The notes beneath the pieces were generated by a model. It was given only the letters and a program-made list of their open reading frames with translations, was not told the DNA's origin and did no database searches. A stretch of DNA of 63,106 nt, filler included, from Octopus bimaculoides (Eukaryota): the NCBI RefSeq assembly GCF_001194135.2. It is 5 parts of 4 records of this genome, joined end to end, with 100 filler letters (N's around TTAATTAATTAA, not from the genome) between each part and the next. Parts side by side here need not be neighbours in the genome. Positions count along the whole stretch, not along the records: positions 1 to 25,882 come from NC_068985.1; positions 25,983 to 40,442 come from NW_026329483.1; 3 more parts are not named here. One strand, 5' to 3'. The first letter of the stretch is position 1; the number at the start of each line of letters is the position of its first letter. Positions 25,590-37,588 of the stretch are shown in pieces. The translations under genes were made by a program, and so were the position numbers.

Positions 25590-25882
25590 NNNNNNNNNNA
25601 TGTATGTATGTATGTATGTATGTATGTATGTATGTATGTTTGTATGCGTATGTATGTATAGAACAATTTGACTCAGCCTCCCACATGACGTAAAGTTCAG
25701 AGGGTGCATCAACGAAACCTTAATCATAAGGAACTGAGTGAAATTGTTATTAAAAAGCAAATGTAATTCTTATCTGTCGACTGCCACTCTGTTGTAGCCA
25801 AGGGCCGACCAATGTCTTGTGAGTGGATTTGGTACACAGAAACTGAAAGAAGCCCATCGTATATATATATATATATATATAT

Positions 25883-25982
25883 NNNNNNNNNNNNNNNNNN
25901 NNNNNNNNNNNNNNNNNNNNNNNNNNTTAATTAATTAANNNNNNNNNNNNNNNNNNNNNNNNNNNNNNNNNNNNNNNNNNNN
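25883..25982. other. Artificial scaffold linker N44-TTAATTAATTAA-N44
   Basis: 100-bp spacer giving stop codons in all six frames; same pattern at 40443, 58260 and 60614. Confidence 0.85.
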
Positions 25983-26728
25983 TATATATATATATATATA
26001 TATGCATGCACACACACATATATGTATATTCATATATACAGACACATCTATATTGAAATCTGGAGATATTGCAATTAAATGTAGGTTAATATCCACATGA
26101 GGAAATAACGTAACAACTGAGAGATGTTTTGTTGCTGGATTTGGTTTTTGGTGTGGGGGACTGAAGTGAGGGAGGACGTGGGCAGAGATGAAGGGATGGA
26201 TGGATGGATAGATAGATAGACAGACAGATAAATAGATAGGTAGATGGATGGATGGATAGATAGATAGATTGACAGACTGGTATGTAGATAGACTGGTATA
26301 TAGATAGACAAAGATAGTAAAAAAGGGCATAAGTTAAACAAATATTTGGAAGTTTGGTCATAGGTGGACATGAAACGACCATAGCCTAGTAAAGCAATTT
26401 AAATGAGAGACGAATGTTTATTTAGCGTAAACTGACATGCACAATACAATAATATACAATGCTAATGGGTGAACCAAACGACGTGAACTTCCTGGTATTA
26501 TTGACCGGCTTTTTACTGATTATTGGACGGACGGTTCGAAGATATATCAGTGTGTTGTAATTTCACATTAGGTCAACATTATCTTTTGTTTTATATGGTT
26601 CAGGCATTGGACTGTGAACAAGGGTGTTTTTAGTTGAACGAATCAATGCCGGTCACTTGTTTTTAAGTCTTTGGTACTTGTTCTGTCGGTCTCGGTTGCT
26701 GAACTGCAAAGCTATGTGGAAGTAAACA

Positions 26729-27129
26729 GACGCAGGAGTGGCTGTGTGGTAAATAGCTTGCTTACCAGCCACCTGGTTCTGGCACCTTGGAGAAGTGTCT
26801 TCTGCTATAGCCTCGGGCCGACCAAAGCCTTGTGAGTGGATTTGGTAGATGGAAACTAAAAGAAGCCCGTCGTATATATATATATGTATATGTATATATA
26901 TATGTGTGTGTGTGTGTCTGTGTTTGTCCCCCCAACATCGCTTGACAACCAATGGTGGTGTGTTTACGTCCCCGTAACCTAGCGGTTCAGCAAAAGGGAC
27001 CTATAGAATAAGTACTAGGCTTACAAAGAATAAGTCCTGGGGTTGATTTGCTCGACTAAAGGCGGTGCTCCAGCATGGCCACAGTCAAATGACTGAAACA
27101 AGTAAAAGAGTAAAAATAGAGTAAAAGAG

Positions 27130-27130
<1 letters not shown>
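26729..27130 (+). mobile_element. tRNA-derived SINE family B with internal (TA)n(TG)n
   Basis: gacgcaggagtggctgtgtggtaa head, caccttgg..aagtgtcttc central block, tail ...cagtcaaatgactgaaacaagtaaaagag. Confidence 0.9.
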
Positions 27131-27191
<61 letters not shown>

Positions 27192-27765
27192 GACACACAC
27201 ACGCAACTGAGTAAAGAATAGAAATGAATAAATTTTACATGATGCCTAATTTAATAGTTTTCCTTTTCCCTCAATCTTTTCTTGGTTTGTATCAGATTTA
27301 AATCATTAACGATATTTTGATTTCTATTTTCCAACTTTTCCTCCCAATCAGATGAGTAATTCATCACATTTAGATATTTAATTCATTATCTACGCTAATT
27401 ACGTAAATTATATAAATGTTGATTTCTTTTGTTTCTTTGCTCCCTCGAAACAGCTGTCAAGAACAATTGAATTATTAATCTTACGTACAATTTACGCCTT
27501 TCTGCTATATACTATTCTAAATGCATAGCTGTCAACTGTTGCTTTAGCTGTGTGTGTATATAAATGCAACTTTATTCAATCAATATTTATTGCATTGTAA
27601 TACTGTATTGGAGTTTAACGGTTTGGAAATAATTGAAGATCTAAATATCACAGATATATTTTATGATGTCTATGCATTGACTTTGTTAATATATTTTTTA
27701 CCCTTTATCGTTTATCGGCTTCAGTAATTGGAGCACTGCAGCCATGGGGTAAGAAGCTTGGTAGG

Positions 27766-28028
27766 GGCGGCGAGCTGGCAGAATCGTTAGCAGGCCGGGC
27801 GAAATGCTTAGCGGTATTTCGTCTGTCGTTACGTTCTGAGTTCAAATTCCACCGATGTTGACTTTGCCTTTCATCCTTTCGGGGTCGGTAAATTAAGTAC
27901 CAGTTACGCACTGGGGTCGATGTAATCGACTTAATCCCTTTGTCTGTCTTTGTTTGCCCCCTCTATGTTTAGCCCCTTGTGGGCAATAAAGAAATAAGAA
28001 ATGTTAGCACGCTGGGCGAAATGCTGAG
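27766..28028 (+). mobile_element. Full-length family A SINE followed by a second head (tandem restart)
   Basis: ggcggcgagctggcagaatcgttagc...aaagaaataagaa, then atgttagcacgctgggcgaaatgct into a gap. Confidence 0.9.
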
Positions 28029-28855
28029 NNNNNNNNNNNNNNNNNNNNNNNNNNNNNNNNNNNNNNNNNNNNNNNNNNNNNNNNNNNNNNNNNNNNNNNN
28101 NNNNNNNNNNNNNNNNNNNNNNNNNNNNNNNNNNNNNNNNNNNNNNNNNNNNNNNNNNNNNNNNNNNNNNNNNNNNNNNNNNNNNNNNNNNNNNNNNNNN
28201 NNNNNNNNNNNNNNNNNNNNNNNNNNNNNNNNNNNNNNNNNNNNNNNNNNNNNNNNNNNNNNNNNNNNNNNNNNNNNNNNNNNNNNNNNNNNNNNNNNNN
28301 NNNNNNNNNNNNNNNNNNNNNNNNNNNNNNNNNNNNNNNNNNNNNNNNNNNNNNNNNNNNNNNNNNNNNNNNNNNNNNNNNNNNNNNNNNNNNNNNNNNN
28401 NNNNNNNNNNNNNNNNNNNNNNNNNNNNNNNNNNNNNNNNNNNNNNNNNNNNNNNNNNNNNNNNNNNNNNNNNNNNNNNNNNNNNNNNNNNNNNNNNNNN
28501 NNNNNNNNNNNNNNNNNNNNNNNNNNNNNNNNNNNNNNNNNNNNNNNNNNNNNNNNNNNNNNNNNNNNNNNNNNNNNNNNNNNNNNNNNNNNNNNNNNNN
28601 NNNNNNNNNGGCTAACACACACATATGAGGGCATGCTAAGAAGCTCCTTGTTTTGGCTACAAGAAAATATAGGATCAGTTAATTATGATCTTATTCTACA
28701 TATTTCCCTCTCAGATTCACACACTCATTTCAGAGGTCCTTCAGATTTTCTAAGCTCTATAAAAGAACTCAGAAGGTTGGGTCTCTAACCAGGCCCTTCA
28801 CGATACCCTTCAAGCCAGGAACTTTTTAGCACCCCCTCGCATATATTCATACATA

Positions 28856-29079
28856 AGGCGGCGAGCTGGCAGAAACGTTAGCACACCGGGCGAAATGCTT
28901 AGCCGTATTTCGTCTGCAGCTACGTTCTGAGTTCAAATTCCGCCGAGGTTGACTTTGCCTTTCATCCTTTCGGGGTTGATTAAATAAGTACCAGTTACGC
29001 ACTGGGGTCGATATAATCGACTTAATCTGTGTTTGTTTGTCCCCTCTGTGTATAGCCCCTTGTGGGCAGTAAAGAAATA
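28856..29079 (+). mobile_element. Full-length family A SINE
   Basis: Near-consensus head, B box gagttcaaattcc and tail gtaaagaaataa. Confidence 0.9.
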
Positions 29080-30341
29080 ACACACACAAACATGAACATA
29101 TGCATACATACCTACATACATACATATATACACACATGAGGGGAATGCTGTAAAGTTCCTGGTTTTGGGTAAAAGAAAATACAGGAGGACCAGAAAAATG
29201 TTGAAAACAATCATAATTAACAATTATGATTGTTTTCAACATTTTTCTCTCTCAGATTCACACACTTATTGCAGCAGTCCTTCAGTTTTTCTAAACCCTG
29301 TAAAAGAACTCAGTCCAACCAGGCCTTTCACGAGACCCCTAAAGCCAGGAGCTTTTCAGCACCCCATTGCATATGTGTTAGATATTTGCTATCTGATGGG
29401 ATGTTAGAGTATGAGCCTACAAACAGTGATGCAGAAGTGATCCAGCAAGGAAATAATGTGAATGGAAAGAGAGAGAGAGAGAGATATAGAAANNNNNNNN
29501 NNNNNNNNNNNNNNNNNNNNNNNNNNNNNNNNNNNNNNNNNNNNNNNNNNNNNNNNNNNNNNNNNNNNNNNNNNNNNNNNNNNNNNNNNNNNNNNNNNNN
29601 NNNNNNNNNNNNNNNNNNNNNNNNNNNNNNNNNNNNNNNNNNNNNNNNNNNNNNNNNNNNNNNNNNNNNNNNNNNNNNNNNNNNNNNNNNNNNNNNNNNN
29701 NNNNNNNNNNNNNNNNNNNNNNNNNNNNNNNNNNNNNNNNNNNNNNNNNNNNNNNNNNNNNNNNNNNNNNNNNNNNNNNNNNNNNNNNNNNNNNNNNNNN
29801 NNNNNNNNNNNNNNNNNNNNNNNNNNNNNNNNNNNNNNNNNNNNNNNNNNNNNNNNNNNNNNNNNNNNNNNNNNNNNNNNNNNNNNNNNNNNNNNNNNNN
29901 NNNNNNNNNNNNNNNNNNNNNNNNNNNNNNNNNNNNNNNNNNNNNNNNNNNNNNNNNNNNNNNNNNNNNNNNNNNNNNNNNNNNNNNNNNNNNNNNNNNN
30001 NNNNNNNNNNNNNNNNNNNNNNNNNNNNNNNNNNNNNNNNNNNNNNNNNNNNNNNNNNNNNNNNNNNNNNNNNNNNNNNNNNNNNNNNNNNNNNNNNNNN
30101 NNNNNNNNNNNNNNNNNNNNNNNNNNNNNNNNNNNNNNNNNNNNNNNNNNNNNNNNNNNNNNNNNNNNNNNNNNNNNNNNNNNNNNNNNNNNNNNNNNNN
30201 NNNNNNNNNNNNNNNNNNNNNNNNNNNNNNNNNNNNNNNNNNNNNNNNNNNNNNNNNNNNNNNNNNNNNNNNNNNNNNNNNNNNNNNNNNNNNNNNNNNN
30301 NNNNNNNNNNNNNNNNNNNNNNNNNNNNNNNNNNNNNNNNN

Positions 30342-30374
<33 letters not shown>

Positions 30375-30402
30375 CGTATGTGTATTTCGTGTGCAAGATT
30401 TA

Positions 30403-30442
<40 letters not shown>

Positions 30443-31557
30443 TTTGTACATAAATACATATGCATGTATGTGTGTGTTTATATGTATTTCATTCTCGTTT
30501 TATATCAGTCTGAATAATCTTTGTATTTCCCACCAGCTGTATGTAGTCGATTGGCTTGTTAGAAATAACAGCCAGGTCGTCAAATCACATACAACTAAAC
30601 GCCGCCATTTTAAACAAACACAGAACACACATATATATGTATATGTATATATTTTTATCCCATACACAAAACCCTCCCTTAAAATAACGAAATCTATTTG
30701 ATCATAGGTTTGTTTTTCGATCAGGGACGACCTTGGGTTAAATAACAATAATATTTCTGCAGTATATATCGTCCATTGCAATATTGCAAAGCAAGATAAC
30801 AAGAACAGTAGACGCCATTAATTTCCTTTACAAATTTATCAATTTTTCTCATCTTTTCCTTCACACGCTGCCGGCTGCTTTTCTCTTTATTCCTTGACAG
30901 TAAATTATGATTGTATTTTACTATATTTCACATGTTCTATAAAGTTTATTCAATTATTTAGCTTAAAAAACGACTTCAAATAACCTTTTTTTAAATTTGT
31001 TTTTTCTAAACCTCCTCCCGACCGCCGCGTTTTATACATTTTCTGTTGCTTCTAACGATCGTTTTCAAGTTTATTAATATTTATTATATTAATAATTTTC
31101 ACAAATGGCTCCTGATATATTATAATATTGATCTTCGTGTTTTAATATATCTTCATCGATATTCATATTTTTTTTTATGCTTTGTTGATTTGTTCAGATA
31201 TTTATATTTTTTTACTTGCTTAAAAGTTGTTGTTGATGATGTAAATGTTGTTGTTGTTAATTATGTTAATACAGTTACTGTCGTCGTTGCTTTATTGTTG
31301 TTCATGTTTTAGCTGCTGTTATTTTTATTGTTGTTGTTTAGCCTCAAGCCAGCCACATCCTAATCCAGCAGACCTAAAACAAATCGTTTCCTGGGTTTTC
31401 AGCTAGGAATCGAAAACCTTTTTTCTGCAAGCTTCCTTCCATTGTCCACAATATTAACACTTAGAAATTTATGAGAGTGAACTGCCATATTCAGATAAGT
31501 TTTATTCTTTTCCAGAACGTCTTAGGTTAGACTCAGTTCAATGCAAATAAACTAATT

Positions 31558-31854
31558 CAGGGGTTTTCAAACTTTTTGACTTGCGGACCCCTTTATATTT
31601 CAGGCTTTACTTTAGGGACCCACTTATAAACGCTTATGAAATTTATACATAAATATTTGCTTAAAATAACATATATCTTTACATTTATTTATTTAATGAT
31701 ATTTAACAAATAGGTTTATTGCCAATTAAAAGATTTCGATTAAAAAACATATATAAAATCAAATCGCCCATAAAAAGTATTTGCTGTCCACGGACCCCCT
31801 GTCTTGTCCTTGCAGACCCCCTGTGGTCCGTGGACCACAGTTTGAAAACCCCTG
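31558..31854. mobile_element. hAT (Charlie-like) MITE, 297 bp, with perfect 8-bp TSD
   Basis: Perfect 16-bp TIR CAGGGGTTTTCAAACT / AGTTTGAAAACCCCTG; TSD AACTAATT at 31550-31557 and 31855-31862. Confidence 0.92.
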
Positions 31855-32104
31855 AACTAATTCACCTTCTTTTGTATTCCCGACCAACATTCAGGTTTCA
31901 CACATGTATAAACGTCCTCACCATCAAGATAGTGACCCCATCATCGTCATCATTATCATCATAATCATCACCATAATTATCATAATTAGCTTCATTGTCA
32001 TCATCATCATCATCATCATCATCTATATCATTTGTCATTGTCATCATCCTCATCATTGTCATTGCCACCATCATCGTCATCACACACACACACACACACA
32101 CACA

Positions 32105-32250
32105 ATAGGCTTCCAAACAGTTTCCACCTTCCAAATTCATTTATGAGGCTGACTCAGGTCTATAGTAGAAGCCACTTGCCCAAGGTGCCACACAGTGGGA
32201 CTGAACACGGACACATATAATTGAGAAGCAAACTTCTTACCACATAGCCA
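32105..32250 (-). mobile_element. Family B SINE 5' part
   Basis: cacttgcccaaggtgccacacagtgggactgaac is the reverse complement of the family B core. Confidence 0.8.
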
Positions 32251-32396
32251 ATACCTGAGCCCATAACACACTAAATACCTCAAGACACCATTTTTTTTCC
32301 TTTGTCGCTCTACCGATTTACACCAGTTTAAAAAAAAATTTATTTTATATTTTATTTCATTTCATCAGAACAAAACAAAAAAAAAATCTGACTCAC

Positions 32397-32517
32397 CTGG
32401 GTGTATAGCGAGGAGGAGAAGGGGGAGGAAGAGGAGGACAAGATGAAGAAGAACGAAGGACGGGGTGGTTGCCGTCATTTTCATGCAATTCAGGTTCCAC
32501 AGTTTGTCACCAGTCAT
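32397..32517 (-). CDS. Candidate first coding exon encoding a signal peptide: (MTGDKLWNLNC)MKMTATTPSFVLLHLVLLFLPLLLLAIHP, phase-1 donor
   Basis: Three in-frame ATGs (32517, 32484, 32478), a hydrophobic core, consensus donor CAG|GTGAGT and an upstream CCAATC at 32596-32601. No downstream exon identified. Confidence 0.55.
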
Positions 32518-33061
32518 CTGGCTATATCAGGTTCAATCCTCACCAGCCTCTCTCTCAGCATCCGAGGCCAACAAGGGGTTCAGATTCCCCTTTCTGATTG
32601 GTTCTTTATGCTATTATTACAATTACTATTATTATTATTATTATTTTTGTTGTTGCTATTGTCGTTTTTGTTATTATTATTATTATTATTATTATTTTAT
32701 GTTTGACTTTTGTTTTGCATTTGTACAAGTTGGATCCAAGTCTCACCCAGAGACCTCAACAGACAACAAGTTAGGAGTTCATGTAGGCTATTATTATTAT
32801 TATTATTATTATGATTATTATTATTATTATTATTATGATTATAATTATTATTATTATTATTATTGGACCCCCTTTGGGAGTTCTATTTATTTATTTATTT
32901 ATTTATCTATTTATTTGTTATATCTTTCTCCGTTTTCTTCCTCTGTTTAGACGAACTTTCCTACCTTTTCGAACAAAACCTTTTGTAACCTTCGTCCTGT
33001 CTTTGTCCTTACATGTTTTTAATTGATATTAGCCCTTGTGGCCAATAAAACGAATTCATTA

Positions 33062-33100
<39 letters not shown>

Positions 33101-33279
33101 GCTGTTATTTCTCTGTCGTTTTTCCTTTTGTTTGGTGTAAATCCCTGACTTTTCTGTGTTGTATTTTGTCTTTCGATGTAGCCATCAATATCTTTGACCC
33201 TTCTGGCCAATACACGAAATCATCATTATTATTATCATTGTGGTTTTTATTATTTATTTTTATTATTTATTTTTTTTTA

Positions 33280-33455
33280 TCTCAGGTTCTGTTGTAACTT
33301 CTGGAGTCTTGCATGCGAAGTGGGCTTGCTGCCTGCAGCCAATGGTACCATACTATCTGTTCTTTTCAACTATCTAATACTTTCCTGATTATTCTGGCCG
33401 TGCCAAGGAAGCCAACCTTTTGGTAACAGTTCTACTGGGCACTCTATTCCAGTTG
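33280..33455 (-). mobile_element. Short R4/Dong-type LINE 3' end in a (TAA)n field
   Basis: Minus translation IECPVELL..KVGFLGTARIIRKVLDS* matches the R4/Dong C-terminal LQKxxLLGTARIxRKVL motif. Confidence 0.65.
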
Positions 33456-33465
33456 GTATTATTAT

Positions 33466-33725
33466 TATTTATTCATCTACACTCAACAGATTATGGCAAA
33501 GAATATTATTATTATTATTACTATTATTACTATTATTATTATTATTATTCATATGCACTCAACAGATTAGACTGTTGGAAAAAAATATTATTGTTGTTGT
33601 TGTTGTTGTTGTTGTTATTATTCATATACACTCAACAGATTAGACTGCTGGAAAAAAATATCATTATTATTATTGTTGTTATTATTCATATACACTCAAC
33701 AGATTAGACTGTATGAAAAGAATAT
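33466..33725. repeat. Four tandem units of ttcatatacactcaacagattagactg..gaaaa.aata separated by variable (TTA/TTG)n
   Basis: Direct reading. Confidence 0.9.
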
Positions 33726-33758
33726 TATTATTATTATTATTATTGTTGTTGTTGTTGC

Positions 33759-33792
<34 letters not shown>

Positions 33793-34064
33793 ATTATATC
33801 TTTTATTTTTTATCTTCTTGTTTCAGTCGTTGGACTGTGGCCATCCTGAGACACCATCTTGTAGGGTTTAGTTGAACAAATCAACTCCAGTACAACCTTT
33901 TGTTTTTAAGTCTTTGAAGATGGGTTCAGGAATGCAATGTGGTGGAAGAGAAGGTCCCCAGAGGAAGAGCATTCATGTGTGCATGTGAGGGGTAGAGCGA
34001 AGGGTCTGTCAACAATTGTGACGATATCTGTAAAGACAAAAAGCATAAAGCATAAGACATTTAA

Positions 34065-34096
<32 letters not shown>

Positions 34097-34101
<5 letters not shown>

Positions 34102-34399
34102 GAGGTAACTCGAATGTGGAATCTAAAAACAGAAACAATTCCTATCATAGTAGGTGCCTTAGGTATAATAAATAAATATTCAGACAAATACATAACAAAA
34201 ACACCAGGACTTACAAATATATATAACATACAGAAAATTGCACTACTGGGCACTGCACACATCCTACACAAAACACTTTCAATACAGTAACCATAAGAGC
34301 ATCACAGCAAACCACAGCACATACCCAAGGCGCACAGAGCTGCGCTCGGTAGTGAAGTGAAAGCACGTTATAAAAATAAAACTACTGAACAATAATAAT
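34097..34399 (+). mobile_element. 5'-truncated R4/Dong-type LINE 3' end flanked by (TAA)n
   Basis: EVTRMWNLKTETIPIIVGALG...IQKIALLGTAHILHKTLSIQ*; (AAT)n at 34066-34099 and aataataat at the 3' end. Confidence 0.85.
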
Positions 34400-35417
34400 N
34401 NNNNNNNNNNNNNNNNNNNNNNNNNNNNNNNNNNNNNNNNNNNNNNNNNNNNNNNNNNNNNNNNNNNNNNNNNNNNNNNNNNNNNNNNNNNNNNNNNNNN
34501 NNNNNNNNNNNNNNNNNNNNNNNNNNNNNNNNNNNNNNNNNNNNNNNNNNNNNNNNNNNNNNNNNNNNNNNNNNNNNNNNNNNNNNNNNNNNNNNNNNNN
34601 NNNNNNNNNNNNNNNNNNNNNNNNNNNNNNNNNNNNNNNNNNNNNNNNNNNNNNNNNNNNNNNNNNNNNNNNNNNNNNNNNNNNNNNNNNNNNNNNNNNN
34701 NNNNNNNNNNNNNNNNNNNNNNNNNNNNNNNNNNNNNNNNNNNNNNNNNNNNNNNNNNNNNNNNNNNNNNNNNNNNNNNNNNNNNNNNNNNNNNNNNNNN
34801 NNNNNNNNNNNNNNNNNNNNNNNNNNNNNNNNNNNNNNNNNNNNNNNNNNNNNNNNNNNNNNNNNNNNNNNNNNNNNNNNNNNNNNNNNNNNNNNNNNNN
34901 NNNNNNNNNNNNNNNNNNNNNNNNNNNNNNNNNNNNNNNNNNNNNNNNNNNNNNNNNNNNNNNNNNNNNNNNNNNNNNNNNNNNNNNNNNNNNNNNNNNN
35001 NNNNNNNNNNNNNNNNNNNNNNNNNNNNNNNNNNNNNNNNNNNNNNNNNNNNNNNNNNNNNNNNNNNNNNNNNNNNNNNNNNNNNNNNNNNNNNNNNNNN
35101 NNNNNNNNNNNNNNNNNNNNNNNNNNNNNNNNNNNNNNNNNNNNNNNNNNNNNNNNNNNNNNNNNNNNNNNNNNNNNNNNNNNNNNNNNNNNNNNNNNNN
35201 NNNNNNNNNNNNNATATATATATATATATAGCAATGAGAAAATGGAGGAGAATATGCGGTACCCATCGACTTGCAGACAGTGTATTCCGTTGATTAATCT
35301 GTTTATTTTATAACTAAATTGACAAAAAACACAATATACAGATACTTATGACATACAATATCATATTAACAATTAAGGTTACAAATATAAAGTACATTAG
35401 CAATTGGAGAATGTACA

Positions 35418-35553
35418 GAAACTTACAGCTGTTTCGGCCTAGCGATGGCATGCCCCGTTCTATCTCTATAGCTCCTGTGTGCCGGAGCAATTAGCAGATG
35501 AAAATGGTGTAATGGGGGTACATGCATGATTCGCTAGGCCTCTTCAGAGATTC
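35418..35553 (-). ncRNA. Type I hammerhead ribozyme with long stem II insert, probably in a Penelope-like terminal repeat remnant
   Basis: Minus: gaatct-CTGAAGA-ggcctagcga...tcgctaggcc-GAAA-C-AGCT-G-TA-agtttc. Intact catalytic core, perfect 10-bp stem II, minimal palindromic stem III, 5/6-bp stem I. Confidence 0.75.
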
Positions 35554-35823
35554 ACAAAATTCAATACAAATATAAAATAAGAATAAAGTAAGAAAAATTA
35601 AAAAACGAATAAAAAATGAAAATACGAAAATATAAGGCACATAAGAAAGCCTATATATATATGTATGTATATATATATATTATATGTAATGTAAAGAAAT
35701 GAGCTAAATGTCCATAACTGCTACATCAAAGGACCGAAGAACACTTATCCAGCTTTAATATTAGTTGGATTGGAATTTTGGTGAAGATGTACAAATTCTT
35801 CCTTCTTCTTTATGTTGTCTAAA

Positions 35824-35862
<39 letters not shown>

Positions 35863-35954
35863 GCACACACAAATACATACACCCACTCACATATTAGCAC
35901 ATGAACATATATGTGTATACATATAGACACATATAATCACATACACACCCACAC

Positions 35955-36005
<51 letters not shown>

Positions 36006-36039
36006 TACCCAGACTGCAGCACATTGAGTCTTGGTAGGG

Positions 36040-36385
36040 GTGTTGCTATAGTGATGATGGTGGTGCTGGTGCTGGTGGTAGTGGTGGTGGTGATGACAAT
36101 GATGACGACCATGATGATGACGATGATGGTAGTGATGATGTGGTGGTGGTGGTGGTAGTGGTGGTGGTGGTGGTTGTGGTGGTGGTGGTGCTGATGACGA
36201 TGATGACAACCATGATGAGGATGAAAATGATGACGATGACGACGATGGTAATGATGATAGTGATGACAATAATGTGGTGGTAGTGGTGGTGTTGGTGGTG
36301 GTGTTAGTGATGGTGGTGGCGGTAGTGGTGATAATGATGATGATGACGACGATGATTATGATGATTATGACGATGATGATGTGCA
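36040..36385. repeat. (GGT)n/(GAT)n compound trinucleotide tract
   Basis: Direct reading. Confidence 0.95.
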
Positions 36386-36764
36386 TGTCTTAAGTAAGCA
36401 TCCCAAGATGGATTAGCCAGAAATGGAGAGGATTACAAGAGATTTGTCTGGAATTTTCTTTGAAAGGGTTTTACGAAGGCGCCATGGAATCAGAGACACT
36501 TGTTTGGTTACTGAAAAACATGGAACTCTTAAAGACACTAAGCAAACAAGAAACGATGTGGCATCAGCCAGCTAGAAATAGCAGCTAAATCCTCCTAAAA
36601 CCGCAACATATTTCCATTGTCTTGAAAATAACAAAAGGAGCCAATTGTATCTAGGATGATGTAGTGGTGGTTGTAGTGGTGATGGTGGTTGTAGTGGTGG
36701 TGGTGGAGAAGGAGATGTTATGATGATGAATGAGATAAAAGAAAAAGAAAGAAAGAAAGAAATA

Positions 36765-36881
36765 AGCCTAGTACTTATTCTATCGGTCTCTTTTGCTGAA
36801 CCGCTAAGTTACTGGGATGTAAACACACCAGCATCGGTTGTCAAGCGATGCTAGGGGGGACAAACACAGACACAAACATAT

Positions 36882-36916
<35 letters not shown>

Positions 36917-37087
36917 CATACATACGATGGGCTTCTTTCAGTTTCCGTCTACCAAATCCACTCACAAGGCTTTGGTCGGCCCGAGGCTATAGTAGAAGAC
37001 ACTTGCCCAAGGTGCCACGCAGTGGGACTGAACCCGGAACCATGTGGTTGGTAAGCAAGCTACATACCACACAGCCACTCCTGCGCC
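36765..37087 (-). mobile_element. Family B SINE
   Basis: Reverse complement of the 37589-37997 copy. Confidence 0.9.
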
Positions 37088-37588
37088 TATAATTCTTATA
37101 AAAATGTCTTTTTANNNNNNNNNNNNNNNNNNNNNNNNNNNNNNNNNNNNNNNNNNNNNNNNNNNNNNNNNNNNNNNNNNNNNNNNNNNNNNNNNNNNNN
37201 NNNNNNNNNNNNNNNNNNNNNNNNNNNNNNNNNNNNNNNNNNNNNNNNNNNNNNNNNNNNNNNNNNNNNNNNNNNNNNNNNNNNNNNNNNNNNNNNNNNN
37301 NNNNNNNNNNNNNNNNNNNNNNNNNNNNNNNNNNNNNNNNNNNNNNNNNNNNNNNNNNNNNNNNNNNNNNNNNNNNNNNNNNNNNNNNNNNNNNNNNNNN
37401 NNNNNNNNNNNNNNNNNNNNNNNNNNNNNNNNNNNNNNNNNNNNNNNNNNNNNNNNNNNNNNNNNNNNNNNNNNNNNNNNNNNNNNNNNNNTGTTAATTT
37501 TCTTGCTATTTTGTTTTTTCTTTTGTTTTGCTTTGTTTTGTTATTTTGTTTCTTGTGTGTGATAAAAAGACATTTTTATAAGAATTAT

